From assembly GCF_009914755.1 (NCBI RefSeq), contig NC_060929.1: DNA of 64,000 nt; one strand, written 5' to 3'. The DNA comes from the human T2T-CHM13v2.0 reference genome, Homo sapiens. Below the pieces are notes generated by a model that worked only from the letters and a program-made list of their open reading frames with translations, was not told the origin of the DNA and did not search any database. A program made the translations under genes and the position numbers. Positions 32,827 through 54,870 of this stretch are shown piece by piece. Position 1 is the first letter of the stretch, and every line of letters starts with the position of its first letter.

Positions 32827-33360
32827 AATATTTTTTAAAATAGTATAATTGATAATAGGAAATGTTAAATGCTAAATAATGCTAAAATACATATTAAACA
32901 ACTGTTTACTAAAAGCAATCAAAATAAGGTACCCAATTTTATATATAAAAGGTTCTTGAATGTGTAAAACAATTATATGAAAACACTAAGCATGAAAACA
33001 AAGACTGGGGCAGTCAGAGGCTATCTCTGGGTTGTGGCTTATTTGTTCATTCATTCCTTCAGCTAGCATTTACTCTGTGTTAAGCACTATGCTATATATA
33101 TAGATACAAAGGTAAACAAGAAAGATATCTGCTTTTCCCTTGGTGAACTTACTTAGCTCTAGATAACAATATGGTTTTTAGCAAGGAGGTTTGTGTCAGA
33201 ATCATCAGAAAGTGCTTGTTGAAAATACACATATTCAATACCTCACTCCTGAAGGTTGGGTTCACTGAGTCTGGGATGGGGTGAGGCATAATGTAATTTA
33301 TTTAAAAATCTCTCTTAGTGATTCTGAAATACAGGCAGGATGACAGCTACTGTCTTAGAA

Positions 33361-33955
<595 letters not shown>

Positions 33956-33965
33956 TGAAAATTAA

Positions 33966-34333
<368 letters not shown>

Positions 34334-34998
34334 CACAAAGCTACTTTTAATAAGTCATTGCTTATTTAGCATCATAGCCCTCAAGGGTATCCAAAAATCT
34401 AATGCAAACATTAATAATTAAAATGAAATTAGATCTAAAAATAGGATTAGACATCAAAATAGACCTGTGACATTGACATAAAAGTAGAACAAAGCGTGTT
34501 GTCTTAGTCCATTTTCCACTGCTATAACAGAATACCACAGACTGGGTAATTTATTTTAAAAAAGGAAATTTATTTCTCATAGTTCTGGAGGCTGGGAAGT
34601 CCAATACCAAGGGGCCAGCATCTGGTGAGTGCCTTCTTGCTGCATCACAGTATGTTTCCAACACATGAAATTTGGGGGATACATTCAAACCATAGCACAT
34701 GTATTTATTCCTCCAGTGCCTATTATATAACTGCAAGTCATTCCACTGCAGGTCAGCAGACATGAGAAAACGTTATGGGGTCTCTGGGCCCCAAAATCTG
34801 TCTTAAATAAGCCATTAACAACCAAGAGAGGAGAGGGGGAGGAGTTGTACAGACAGTTCCTTCCAAATGTTGAGGAACTTAACACAAAGCCTGAAGGGTG
34901 AGGTTGGGACAGTGGAATCCTGAGGAGGGACTGGGGCTAAGAAATGGGGAATACTTGAAGTGCAAATCCTCACTCACCTATCTTTTGGCGGAGGCCGA

Positions 34999-35022
34999 TA
35001 CATGCACATGCGCGCGCACATG

Positions 35023-35059
<37 letters not shown>

Positions 35060-35071
35060 ACGCACACGCAC
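34999..35071. repeat. Alternating purine-pyrimidine tract: (CA)n with CG/CACG units
   Basis: atacatgcacatgcgcgcgcacatgcacacac...cgcacacgcaca. Confidence 0.9.
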
Positions 35072-36104
35072 AGGCACGCAGAACAAGGGTTGTCAGGAAA
35101 TTGAGCTGAGGTTGCCCAGAAGGCTTGTACTGCCTCTCCTAACTTACTGCTGAGACCCCATCTGGTGCAAGGCCAATTTCTATACTCAAGAGGGCAGCAG
35201 AGAGCAATGAATGGGCCCTCATTCATTTGAGATCTTCAGCACACGGGCCAATAACCACCACCCTTGCTGCTTGCTCGGAGCATCGTGGACCCAAGGTCTG
35301 GAAGGGCCAGAAGATACTCATGCCTGTCCCATGCTACTCAGGGATGGTTGACCAGAACACTTTAAGGCACTTGGAGATAAATCACCAGCCACTTGCCACT
35401 GCCGTTATGATTGTGTGTTCCATTTGTAAGCACTGTGAGGATTGTTTAAGTACCTTCAGACTCTCTTTACTTTCAGAGAGCCTGTGAGGTAAGTGGAATT
35501 CGTAGGATCATTTTATAGATGAGAAAACAGATGCCCAAAGATGTGAACACTTGCCCAGACTTCAATAGCTGGTTAGAGACAGGGCTCGACTTGAACCCAA
35601 ATCTCCTAAAAAAGCAAATTTAGTTTATCCTGTGAAACTCAACATTTCTCAGAGTTCTTGGACAGTATGTCAAGAATCTGCAAATTCTCTGTAAGAATTA
35701 AAATTTTTGTCTTCACTGTGATAATTATCTGTAACAAAGATTAATATCTTTAAATAAAGAGACGACTTCGCAGAGTTACCAAGTGACACCTGTATTGCTC
35801 ACTTACACAGTGTTGGTTAAGTGAAAGGTTTCTTTCTCCTAAGTTATAAACAAAGGCAGGAATGTATTAGAACTTCTGTTTTGCATGGAAACAGGCATTC
35901 TTATAAGTTATATTTTGAAACTCACCATAGAGAAACAGACTAAATAAAGACCAGACTTGACCTAGTATTTTTCTGTCATCAGCTCCAAAGTAGCAATTTA
36001 GTTTCTACAAAACATGTCCATCACATTAATTGAACATTGAAATTTTGAATTTTATTAGTTACATGGTATTTGGTTTCAATTTTTTTCTTTAATTACACAG
36101 TAAT

Positions 36105-36478
36105 TGCTATGTTTTGGATGTATATGCCCCTATGAAATTCATATGCTAAAATCTAATGACTAAGATGATGGTTTAGAAGGTGGAGCCTCTGGTAGTGATT
36201 AGGTCATGAGGATCAATGAGGGCTCCAGCCTTGTGAACAGGATTAACGTCCTTACAAAAGGCTGCAGAGAGCGGCCTCGCTCTTCCCCTCTTCCACTGTG
36301 AGGATGCAGCAAGAAGGCGCCATGTTGGAAGCACAGAGCAGCCCTCACCAGAGACCGAGGCTGCTGGGGCCCTGATCTTGGACTTCCAGCCTCCAGTACT
36401 GTGAGAAATAAATTACTATTACTTACACATTACCCAATCTGTAGTATTTTGTTACAGCAGCCCAAATGGACTGAGACA
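36105..36478 (+). mobile_element. Complete MaLR solo LTR (MLT1A/MSTD-like)
   Basis: TG...CA ends, AATAAA, perfect 5-bp TSD GTAAT (36100-36104 and 36479-36483). Confidence 0.85.
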
Positions 36479-37068
36479 GTAATCTACAATCATGGAGCTC
36501 ATACAATGTTTTATATTTGTAGATATTGAAATAACATTATTATAGAAATGAAAATGATGGCAACATGTTGAGAGCTGGAGCCTGCAATAACTTTTCAAGA
36601 ACATGAAGGGGTCCATCCATCACTTGGGTTTGAGGAACAGACAGCGGAGGACCCTGCCTCATCTCCTTCCGCTCCACGACGTCTCATGTCAAGAGCTGCT
36701 CGGCTTCTTTTGCTCCTCTCTCCTCTTCAGCATATCAGCCCTTATTCTTCTGTTACTGTGACTCCATACTTAGCTCTTGAGCACCTTAGCGGGGGTGTCC
36801 TTCTTGGGAAAAGTTTTGGAACCCTAATTTAGTCCAATTACCATAATTTACACATGAAGGAACTGGGGCCCAGATGGATAAAGTGACTCATTCAAGGGCA
36901 CTGGAGATTGGAGCTGGCTCTCCTGATCCAAAGCCCAGAGCATAGATCCCCAGGAAAAGCACAGGGAAGCAGCACTTGCTACTTCCCACAGACCTGCTAA
37001 TTTCCTGTTTCAAAATGGGAGCAAGGCTAGACCACAGTCATGGGTGCAAGGCATTATAAGAGGCATGG

Positions 37069-37256
37069 CACAGTCTGTTCCCAGAAATGCACCATTGATT
37101 TGAACACCCAAATGGCTAGGAATATTAAGAGCTAATCCAAACCATCAGAACTGCTGGCTCCAACTCTAGCAAAGAAAAATAAACAAAATCTTTCTAAACT
37201 TAGAAATGGTTCAGGATTATTTTTCTTTTTTTTTTCCAGCTCATCAAAGATTAGCT
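37069..37256 (+). repeat. Dispersed direct duplication, copy 1 (copy 2 at 40798-40983)
   Basis: About 187 bp near-identical sequence read at both positions. Confidence 0.95.
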
Positions 37257-37309
37257 GTAGAGTTCTCTCCACCCACCTCCAACACAGTGATTAAAGGTCC
37301 AGCATTGCT

Positions 37310-38174
<865 letters not shown>

Positions 38175-38847
38175 CTATTCAGGAAGATGCCTGGTAATCT
38201 ATATTTAACGTGGTAATCTATATTTAACAAGAGCTCCACCTCATTGTTTTCCACCAGAAAACAGAACTGGATGAGCGGGGCCTAAAATTTGGAATCAGTA
38301 AAAGCTCCAGATATACTACAAGTGCGAATATGAGAGGGAGAACGTGGAATTAGTATCAGCCATTCACATGTGACAATAGAGATGTCAGCTTTGTTAGTGA
38401 GGCACTCAGCAAGGCTCTGAGGCACTGGGAAAGCAAGATGGGTGAGTTTTCATCAGAAGAGTGAATGGAGAGAGGTCAATGATGTGGTGTGCCCTGAGGG
38501 CAAGGGCGGGCCTACAAGGAGAGCCAAGACGATTGGCTTGGGGTGCCAAGGAGCAGCCACGCAGTTTCCAGGGAGACTGGTGGTAGGCATGCAGAGGAGG
38601 CCTGAGTAAGCCTGGAATGGAGCCCTCTACACGTCTTTCAGGGCCTCAAGTGGAGCTGGCTCTATTGCTGCATTTCAGAGGATGGGTGTTTGTCCAGTGT
38701 GGCGTATGGATTAGTGGTAGCCTGGCTTCAGGGGAATCAACTGGTCTCTCCTGATTACACGTCCTAACTATGGGAGGCCAAGTTCCATTTGATGTCTTTA
38801 TGGGCGGTAGCACCATCATGACTTTCCGGTCAGATAGAGATGAGGGA

Positions 38848-39616
38848 TGTTAAAGAAACATTATTCAGACCCTTTGTATTGGTGGGTTCTTGCTTTGCTA
38901 CAAGGAAATACCTGAGGCTGGGTAATTTGTAAAGAAAAGGGGTTTATTGGCTCACAGTTCTGCAGGCTGTACATGAAGCATAATGCTAGCATCTGCTTCT
39001 GGTCAGGGCCTCAGAAGCTTCCAATCATGGCAGAAAGTGAAGGGGAAGCAGGTGGTGTCACATGGTGAGAGAGAGAACAAGAGCGAGAAAGGGGAGATCC
39101 CAGACTCTTTTAAAGAACCAGATCTCTTGTGAACTGAGTGAGAACTCACTCATCACCAAGGGGATGGCACCAAGCCATCCATGAGGATCTGGCCCCATGA
39201 TGCAATACCTCCTACTATGCCCCACTTCCAACATTGGGGATCACACTTCTACATGAGATTTAGATGGAACAAACATCCAAACCATATTACATTTGTGAAA
39301 ACAATAAGAAAGACTTCATTAAAGACTGTTGAAATAGAGAAGAAAGACTGAGCTCAACTCTGAATATAGCAAAGCCAGCTGGGAATTTATAGCCAATGAG
39401 TCAGAGTGAGGGGTCAGAAGATGGAAAATTATTCAGAGGAAACTGATTAGACATCAAGGGTAGGTGGATTCTCAATAAACTGGCTTAGGGGGATTCTTTG
39501 CTAAAAGTGGGCTCAGCAGACAAATGTCAAGGTTGAGAGGCCAAGGTGAAGGCCTAGTCGAGAAGATGGCTCAGAGGATCCCAACTAATGTTTGGCCAAG
39601 GAGGAAGTCTTTGTCA
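38848..39616 (-). mobile_element. MER31/MER67-group ERV1 LTR with nested MSTB MaLR LTR (38875-39289)
   Basis: tgttaaagaaa...tctttgtca termini; the MST insert begins tgtatt and ends aaccatatta. Confidence 0.7.
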
Positions 39617-40007
39617 GGGGTACTGAGACCTCCTATGTTTGAGAGGAGTTAATAAAAAGCTAATGGGAATGTGAATTTCTTTCTGTTCAGCTAAGACGCT
39701 GGCTGACAAGAAGAACTATGCTTACATAAATATGGAAGATTGAACTGAGCGCTTATACTGCTTGACAGAGGTAATATAATAACAATAAAATAGTAATAAT
39801 ACATTATAGCTCTCAATTATTAAATAATCAACGTATGTTAGTAACTTTTTGTACATTATTCCAAATCCTTAGAATAATCCTGCAAAGGTGGTGTTATTAT
39901 TTTCATTTTATAGTGCAGAAACTGAGGCTCAGAAAAAGTCTTTTCAAAATCAGGAATTGAATTCAGGTCTGTTTGGTTGTAAAACTCCAATTCTTTTCAA
40001 TATGCTA

Positions 40008-40307
40008 CTTTTTTTTTTTTTTTTTAAAGACAGAGTTTGTCTCTTGTTGCCCAGGCTGGAGTGCAATGGCACAATTTTGGCTCACCACAACCTCTGCCTC
40101 TCAGGTTCAAGCAATTCTCCTGCCCCAGCCTCCCAAGTAGCGTGATTACAGGCATGCGCCACCACGCCCAGCTAATTTTGTATTTTTAGTAGAGATGGGG
40201 TTTCTCCATGTTGGTCAGGCTGGCCTTGAACTCCCTACCTCAGGTGATCTGCCCACCTCGGCCTCCCAAAGTGCTAGGATTACAGGCATGAGCCACCACA
40301 CTCGGCC
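40008..40307 (-). mobile_element. AluS
   Basis: Poly-T followed by Alu reverse complement. Confidence 0.9.
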
Positions 40308-40797
40308 TACAAATCTTATACATAGCAGTTGGTAACTGAAATGAATTTGTAAAGTGATTGAATACATGAACACATGAAGTTTATTTCAAGTCTAAAGTAG
40401 GTTTCCAGGTGAAAGGATTCTTTGTCCCTAACCATTCTCAAAAATTCTGAGGCTCTCATCCACATTAATATCCCCCACCCTCTGCCATTGTTTTACTGCC
40501 TCAACTTCAGCAGTGTAGATTTATTAGAAACGTGACTGAGGTGTGTAACAGGAAGCGTTGCTTGACTTGAAGGTGCTAGTCTTATCAAAGGAAGGCATAT
40601 AACTTAGTGAGCAACTGGGAACTTGGGAACCCTGCTGACCAAGGAGGACTTGGTGTATCATACAGACCTCCTTGGTGTGCTGATGTCCTAGGGTTCCTGA
40701 CTGATTAAAGGATGCTGGTTGAAGTGGTGAAAAAAGAGGGGGTGTTTGTGCCTCACATGTGGAAGGCCTTCATTCCTCAGTCTGCTGTCTATGGTGA

Positions 40798-40983
40798 CAC
40801 AGTCTGTTCCCAGAAATGCACCACTGATTTGAACACCCAAATGGCAAGGAATATTAAGAGCTAATCCAAACCATCAGAACTGCTGGCCCCAACTCTAGCA
40901 AAGAAAGATAAACAAAATCTTTCTAAACTTAGAAATGGTTCAGGATTATTTTTCTTTCTTTTCCAGCTCATCAAAGATTAGCT
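40798..40983 (+). repeat. Dispersed direct duplication, copy 2
   Basis: Matches 37069-37256. Confidence 0.95.
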
Positions 40984-41510
40984 TTCAACACCAGAATGTT
41001 TTATTAAAATTTTTCTAATTAGCCTCATCATTCTGTTAATCAAGCTTGTTACAAGCATGGCATCTTTATATCTGTTTTGCTAATCGACATCTTTCAAACC
41101 ATGTTGACATTTCAGTGGCTTTTGAACTGCTCCCCCTCCATGAAATGGGCCATGTCCTATTTGCTTCTTTGAAGATTGGCTGCCTTTCTTAGGGACATTT
41201 TTTTGATACTGATTTGTGTGCTTATAAAATATGCAGTGAGGACAGATGGACAGAAAGCTGGAGTTGGGGAGAAGGAAATAATTATCTGCTTAGTGCAAAG
41301 CGTGTACTTGCAAATTTCTAGTTATGCCACAGACTATGAAAGGTCAAGAAATAATGGCATGAACTGTTTAAGCTAACATAGCAGATAAGTTTAAGAGTTT
41401 CCACATTTGTTTGTTAATGGAAAATGGTGTCTGGCAATCAACTTCAGAAAAGCGGATAGGTTCTGATGTTAAGAAGGCTGAGTAAAGACTTTTTTACTCC
41501 CTTTCTTTCA

Positions 41511-42045
<535 letters not shown>

Positions 42046-42429
42046 TCAGAGGTGCTGGGTAATGTAGAAGACAGGTGAGGAGTCGGCTCGCAGTGGGGGC
42101 ACTGGTTGAAAGTCTCTTTGAAAAGCAATTTGACTTCAGGTTCTCACCCCACTCTGGGAAGCCAGGCAACTGAGTCTTTTCTATCCCCAAAAGAGGGAGG
42201 CTTATTTTCTGGAGAAATTGGACCTGACAAGCTCTGGGCTCAAGGGTATCAGGTACACTGGAGTGTGGGGTCAGGCAGAAGGTGGCAAACATGAAGTTAT
42301 CTCTTAGTTAGGATGTTAGGGAATCCTTCCTTGTAGGACCTGAGCTGTCCTACATGTTCTGATAGCTGGAGGCCCCTGAAAGCCCCCACTTATGCAGGTA
42401 TAGCTTCCCAGATTTTTAAGTGCCTCATT

Positions 42430-44390
<1,961 letters not shown>

Positions 44391-45200
44391 CATTTCCATT
44401 GTCTTGGTCCTTTGCCTTCCCTTTTATCAGAGTTCTGCTTTGGGTATCTGCTGTAGACTGAGGCACCAAGCCTTCTTAAATTCTAATTGATTCCCAATGA
44501 CATTTCTGCTCTCCTTTACCAAGATCTGGCTCTTGAAAAGTGAACTTTCAGGAAGACTTATTGAGTTATTTTCCCTTCACCCCAGTTCTCCAGCCAAGCA
44601 CTCTGATGTAAGCATTGGAAATGGTCTGGGCTGTTTCCAATAATATAATTCTGTGGAGAAAGTGTCAGAGCTACAATCTTCTCCCTAAGGATAATTACAA
44701 GTAGAAGGTAAATATGTGTCTTTCTGAGCCATTCAATAAGTTGAAGGGTTATGCAAATCTACATTTTAGATGTTATTTCCATAAGTCGATTGTGTTTCTT
44801 TACTTCTAACTGCAGTACTCCACAAAGTATTTTAGGCAGAATAAAGACACATACAATACAACAAAATGAAATAAATTAAAAATAAGCAAGGAACACAGCA
44901 ACGGGAAAATAAAGATGTGAAACTAAGAGAAACTAAGAGTGAGGTTTATACACACAAAATACATGCAAATAATTCCTATATATTTGATAAAATAGGCCAC
45001 AAATTTGGTTTTACTCTTGTTAGTCAACACAAGGAGAGAAGCCTGATCGGACATGTGATTCCTAAGGCCTATAGCATAAAAACAAACCAGCCCCTATTCC
45101 TGTAATGAAGAGAGGATGCTGTGTAATGGGAACAATGTACTCAACAGCACCCTTACAGTCAATGCAATGATCATTTCACTGGACTATTCCTAGACATGGC

Positions 45201-46091
<891 letters not shown>

Positions 46092-46230
46092 TAGCTCAAT
46101 GGCATTAAGACAACGTAAAATTCAGCTAACATATTTTGGGTAAGAGAATGATGCTGATGAGATGTTATTCAGCCTCTTCACTCTATAATTATCTGATTTA
46201 GCCTAAGGCTAGCTTTTAAGGAATTGGATG

Positions 46231-47846
46231 TGTGAAAGGAACATAAAATCTCAGGACCCCTAAGTCACTCTGCCAAAGGGAAAATTTAAGCTTGGGAGCT
46301 GAGTCCCACAAAACTGCCTTCCATTTTGTTCCTAAATAGCTGCAAAGCTAGAAGGTCACATATCTCCCTGGGGACCTCCCTCACAAATTGCTCACAAGGA
46401 AATTCTTTGTGGGCCCCAAGATCTTTACCTTGAAACAGAGTTCTGTTGAACTTCACCTTGACAATGTAAATGAACAGCTTACCTTCACAGGTACAGGACA
46501 AAGACAGGACTAGAAGTCACCCCTCCGCTCACATGAGACAAATGCATAGTTGACTGTTCCTCTGAGATATGAATAGCACGGGGTAGTTGCAGGAGGGTGG
46601 AAAATAAGAACTAGGCAAACTTACCACAGGATAACAGAAAACCCAAAATAAGGGAAAGAAAATGGCCAAAACTCCAGTCAGGGTGAGAGGTCCATGGCTC
46701 TTCCAGGCAAACCCAAATAATGGAGAAAGGGAGCCATAACTGGGAGGTCCCTGAAATCCCCCTTTTCCAGAATACCTAATGATTATCCTACCCCCTAATT
46801 AAAGAAACATCCATAAAATTAGAAACCCAAGCTCCATTGTGTGTGACTGATCTCATAAGCATGCCCACACTTCTTTGTTGAGTGTCTGCTTTTGCTTTGC
46901 AATAAAAGCTTCTTGCCTTTTGTTTCATTCTGATTCATCCCTGAATTATTTCCCTTTTTTCTTATTTATTTATTTTTCTTTTTTAAAGAAACAGGGTTGG
47001 GGTCTCACTATGTTGTCCAGGCTGGTCTCAAACTCCTGGGCTCAAGCAATCTGCCTGTCTCAGCCTCCCAAAGTGCCGGGATTACAGGTGTGAGCCACTG
47101 CACCCAGCCAATTGTCCTTGAGTTCTTTCTCATGACAGTGTGAGAAATCTGGACACTGGCTGGGGCTGGGGCCTCACTGGCATCTGAGGATCCCCCTGAG
47201 CCCTTTGGCACCATCTCTAGCCCCTCCTTTCACATGTAAAATGTGGATTCAGTAAGCACTAATCAAAGCCTCAAAAGAATGTAACTGCTTGCCTCTTTTA
47301 TTCATCCTCTCCCTTTTTTTCTTTCCTCTTTCCACTACTGCCTGCTCTTTCTCCTTTAAATACTGAAGTCTTCAAACCCTCTTTGGAAAACGCATGGATC
47401 ACAGATGTTCCTGTGATTTCTGTTCCTTTTTCCTGGGCACATCCTAACCTTGGCAAAACAAACCTCTAAATCAGTGGTCCCCAACCTTTTTGACACCAGG
47501 GACTGGTTTCGTGGAAGATAATTTTTCCACGGACAGGAGGGGTGAGGGTGGGAGGAGGGACGAGGAGGAGGATGATGATGGTTTTGGGATGAAACTGTTC
47601 CACCTCAGATCATCAGGCATTAGATTCTCATAAGGAACAAGCCAGTTGTGCAGTTTACAGTAGGGTCGTGCTCCTGTGAGGATGTAATGCTGATCTGGAA
47701 GGAGGCGGGGCTCAGGCAGTAATGCTCACTCACCTGCTGCTCACCTCCTGCTGTGTGGCTGGCCTCCTAACAGCTCACAGACTGGCACCAGTCCATGGCT
47801 CAAAGGTTGGCGACCCCTGCTCTAAATTGATTGAGACTGTCTCCCT
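46231..47846 (+). mobile_element. MER4-group LTR containing a MER66-like LTR (46563-47213, itself holding an Alu monomer) and MER1B (47472-47819)
   Basis: Host LTR sequence resumes after each insert; MER1B has a perfect 8-bp TSD CTCTAAAT. Confidence 0.7.
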
Positions 47847-47849
47847 CAT

Positions 47850-49432
<1,583 letters not shown>

Positions 49433-49532
49433 CTCTTCTCTCTCCCCAAGCCCACAGGCAGTCATGAAGAGGCACAAGCCTTCTATTCTTGGCTTCTGGA
49501 CAGTGTGGTGACTCAACCCATTTGCTCCATGC

Positions 49533-50211
49533 TGTCAACTGAAGAATGATGAAGTCCCTACATGTGGAAAGGAGAGCTTTATTTCTTGTAAAGGGTTGCA
49601 GCCTGCAGGGTGGCCATTCTGACAGGCTGGGAAGCATAGCCTTTGGCCAGAAGCCAGAAACGGACACTTTGAGGGAGGGGCAAAGGGAATAGGAATTCAT
49701 GCTGAGCAAGGTGGTCAAATATACATATTCAAGGAGGAGTCATGGATAGTTATGAAAGAAAAGATATGTGCATATGCAATGGCGCTTCATGCCTCTCCAT
49801 GGGACTCACGTTCAAACAATATCGGCATTAGTATGATCTGAGGGTGTAGTTTTCAGCCCTCTGATGTCAAAAGGTGTGACAGAGGACACAAAAACCCTCA
49901 CTGTGCATTTCCATAGACTGGCCAGAACCACTGGTCAGTGGTCACTTATCAGGCAAAAAAGGAGGGGCAGTGTCAGGCTGTTGGTGGATATCCATGGTGG
50001 GGTCTTTTGAAAGGGCTGGTTTCTGTTCAGCCCTTGTGGAGGAAAGCCCAATGGCAGGCAGTGAGGGAGGGAGGGTGCATAACGAGGTATGTCTGTCCTT
50101 CCATCCCATCATTGTTGGGAACTCAGGCTCAAGGTTTCTCTGGGGTCTCCTTGGCCAAGAGGAGGTCTGTTCCATCAGCTGGGGGGCTTAGGATTTCATT
50201 TCTATTTTTCA
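49533..50211 (-). mobile_element. ERV1 MER4-group solo LTR
   Basis: TG...CA ends, near-TSD atgc/gtgc; 5' region similar to the LTR at 45201. Confidence 0.7.
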
Positions 50212-51066
50212 GTGCTGTTCCATGATGAAAATGGAACCCTGGGGAGCCAGCACTTCTCTTGCTTGCACCATTACGATAAATGAATAAAGCCATGACTCTC
50301 AGTGCGGCTTGTTGTTCTAATTGACTAAACTGATTGCTCAACACCTCACATAGTCATTAAATAAATTCTGAGTATGTTCTTGGATGTCAGGGACCCAGAT
50401 TATGGGTTCAGTTTAATATAAGGATTTTCTCAGTGAACAGAAAAAGAGGAATGGGGACTCCTATTATACAAAGATTGTATCCTCTTCTTGGATTGAGATG
50501 GTTAAACAACTTGGTAGAATAGTTACAAGCTGAGAGCTTAGAGAAAAGCTCTGTGCCTGGAACTCTCTGACTCTGGAAAAACCACAGTTGGAGGATGAAA
50601 ATAATCAGAAACTCAGCAAAATGAAGGCAGCTTAAAAGACAAGAGCAAATCATTGTCTTTTAGTCAAAAGACTTCCCATAAACCATCGAGACAGAGAAAG
50701 TGAAGGTGATAGACACTCTGAGAAGGCTGAGGGCAGATGTTTTTCCTCAGGAGGAGGGTTGAGGTTTTAGCTATTGAAAGGGAAAAAGACATGTAGCAGA
50801 TTTAATTATTACAAGGTCAGGGCAGTGATGGGCACAGAGATTTATGGCAAATTGAAATGACTTCCTCATCCTGGAAAGAAATTGAAGCACCTTCTTAACA
50901 CTGTAAATGGGAGACAGTAATGAGCTCGGAGCCTCTCTTTGAAGATCGTGGCAACCATTCAAGGAGAGCTACACCAATGGATAAGAGAAAGGGGAAATGG
51001 CCACTTTTTTCTTAAACTGGGGCTTTGAGATTCATTTTAAGTATTGTAGAAGACAGAGAAGGACTT

Positions 51067-51878
<812 letters not shown>

Positions 51879-52007
51879 CTGAGAGATTAAAGGGTGATAC
51901 ATGTGTACTGCTGACTCCACTCTCCACCCTGGAAGAGGTTTGTCCCACAAGCTAACAGCTAAAATGTTTGCATTATAATTGTCATTGCCATCCATAAGAG
52001 TGAACAT

Positions 52008-52250
52008 GGCTAGGTGCGGTGGCTCGTGCCTGTAATCCTAGCACTTTGAGAGGTCAAGGCAGGAGGATTTAAGTCTAGGAATTTGAGACCAGCCTGGGCA
52101 ACATAGTGACACCCTGTCTCTAAAAAAAATTTTTTTAAATTAATTAGCTGGATATGATGGTGCGTGCCTGTAACTCCTGACCTCAGGTGATCCACCCGCC
52201 TCGGCCTCCCAAAGTGTTGGGATTACAGGCGTGAGCCACCGTGCCCGGCC
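52008..52250. mobile_element. Fused inverted Alu fragments (+ 52008-52173, - 52172-52250)
   Basis: Strand switch at gcctgtaa/aactcctgacctc. Confidence 0.85.
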
Positions 52251-52982
52251 TACTATTGCTGGATCCTAACAGATGTCAATGATTTTTCACATTTCGTACT
52301 ACATCACGACTGCCACCTGGCGGACAGTTGTTGTACGACAGCATTGACTGCATCCTGCTTTCAGAGCGGTTAAAATGAGGGGGAAAAAATTACCATAAAT
52401 TTACCATAGTACACCTTTAAATAATGATCCTGATCCTAAACTATAATTTGACTTCCTGAGTCCTAGTTGGCACACAGCATTGATGGCATATCACTGTTGT
52501 GCAAAGCAAGTGACAAGTGCGCAGCTTACAGCGTAGGAGCAGCACATGTGGCGGCCTCCAAGCTGCTTATAGAGAAGGCTCTTACGTCAGAACTTACATT
52601 TAGCCCTGTTATTCTTTCCTTCTTTCTTTTGCAAAATGTAGACAATAGGAAATTATTTACAGTTGGCATCTTCTCTCTCAAATAAAAAATTTAATAGCAG
52701 GTCTCAGAAGATAGCCTTCCTGTTTTTTGTTTTTTGCTTTTTGCCTCAGTATTTCAGCTTAGAAAATGCCAAGATAGAGTCCTCCATTTCTATTTTGAGC
52801 ATGAACTTTGAAAACGCTTGGGAGGCCCGAGTGCTTTACTGTTATTTACTAGCTGTGCAAGTCTTTATAACCCCTTGGGTCTTAGTTTCCTTGCTTGTCA
52901 AATCAATGCTTCCAAGTCCTACCAACTCTGAGGGTCTCCTGGGGGAATCCAATGAGGCCATGTGTGGAAGCATTTTGGTAAC

Positions 52983-54030
<1,048 letters not shown>

Positions 54031-54575
54031 TATTTGGAAAAAAATCAAAAAGGTTGGTTGTAAGTCTATGTAGTGTAAGGAATGTAGTCTATTTTTAGGG
54101 TTTAAATTGATGACAAATTATTTTCCTAAGGGACTGCCATTAGAGCATTGCCAAGGACTTCAAGTCCTGCTCAGCGAGTGGGCTGAGGAACACAGTTTTC
54201 TGTGTAAGCTGCTGAGACTTTAAGCCCTAGGACTCAAGAGCAGGCTTGACTCTCTCCCAGGTAAACTTGCATTTACCTGGCAGGTACGTAGGGACCTCCT
54301 GAGCTGGAGCAGATACCTCTCTCAGAACTTCAAAAAGCCAAACCTCAGAGCCCCCTGTAGTTTCCAAAATGGACCCTTCTAGAAGCTGTGGGGAAGCTTG
54401 TGACTAGGAGACAATGAACCCAGATCTGCACAAAACAGGTGAAGACAGAGGCATCCTCAAACTGTCGTGGGGCGGGAGGGGTGGTGTCACTTGGGAATTC
54501 CTTCCCCCTTTTCCTCTTGATGGACCTAATTTGAAATAATCCTTCCCAGGTCCTGACTAAATTTCTGCCAGAAGC

Positions 54576-54870
54576 CTTTTTTTTTTTTTTTCGACAGAGT
54601 CTCATTCCGTTGCCCAGGCTGCAGCGCAGTGTCACAAATTGGCTCACTGTAACCTCCGCCTCCCAGGTTCAAGAGATTCTTCTGCCCCAGCATCCCAGTA
54701 GCTGGGATTGCAGGTGTGCACCATCATGCCCAGCTAATTTCTGCATTTTTAGTAGAGGTGGGGTTTCACCATGTTGGCCAGGCTGGTCTCAAACTCCTGG
54801 CCTAAAGTGATCCACCTGCTTTGGCCTCCCAAGGTGCCAGGATTACAGGCATGCACCACTGTGCCCAGCT
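54576..54870 (-). mobile_element. Alu
   Basis: TSD tgccagaag. Confidence 0.9.
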
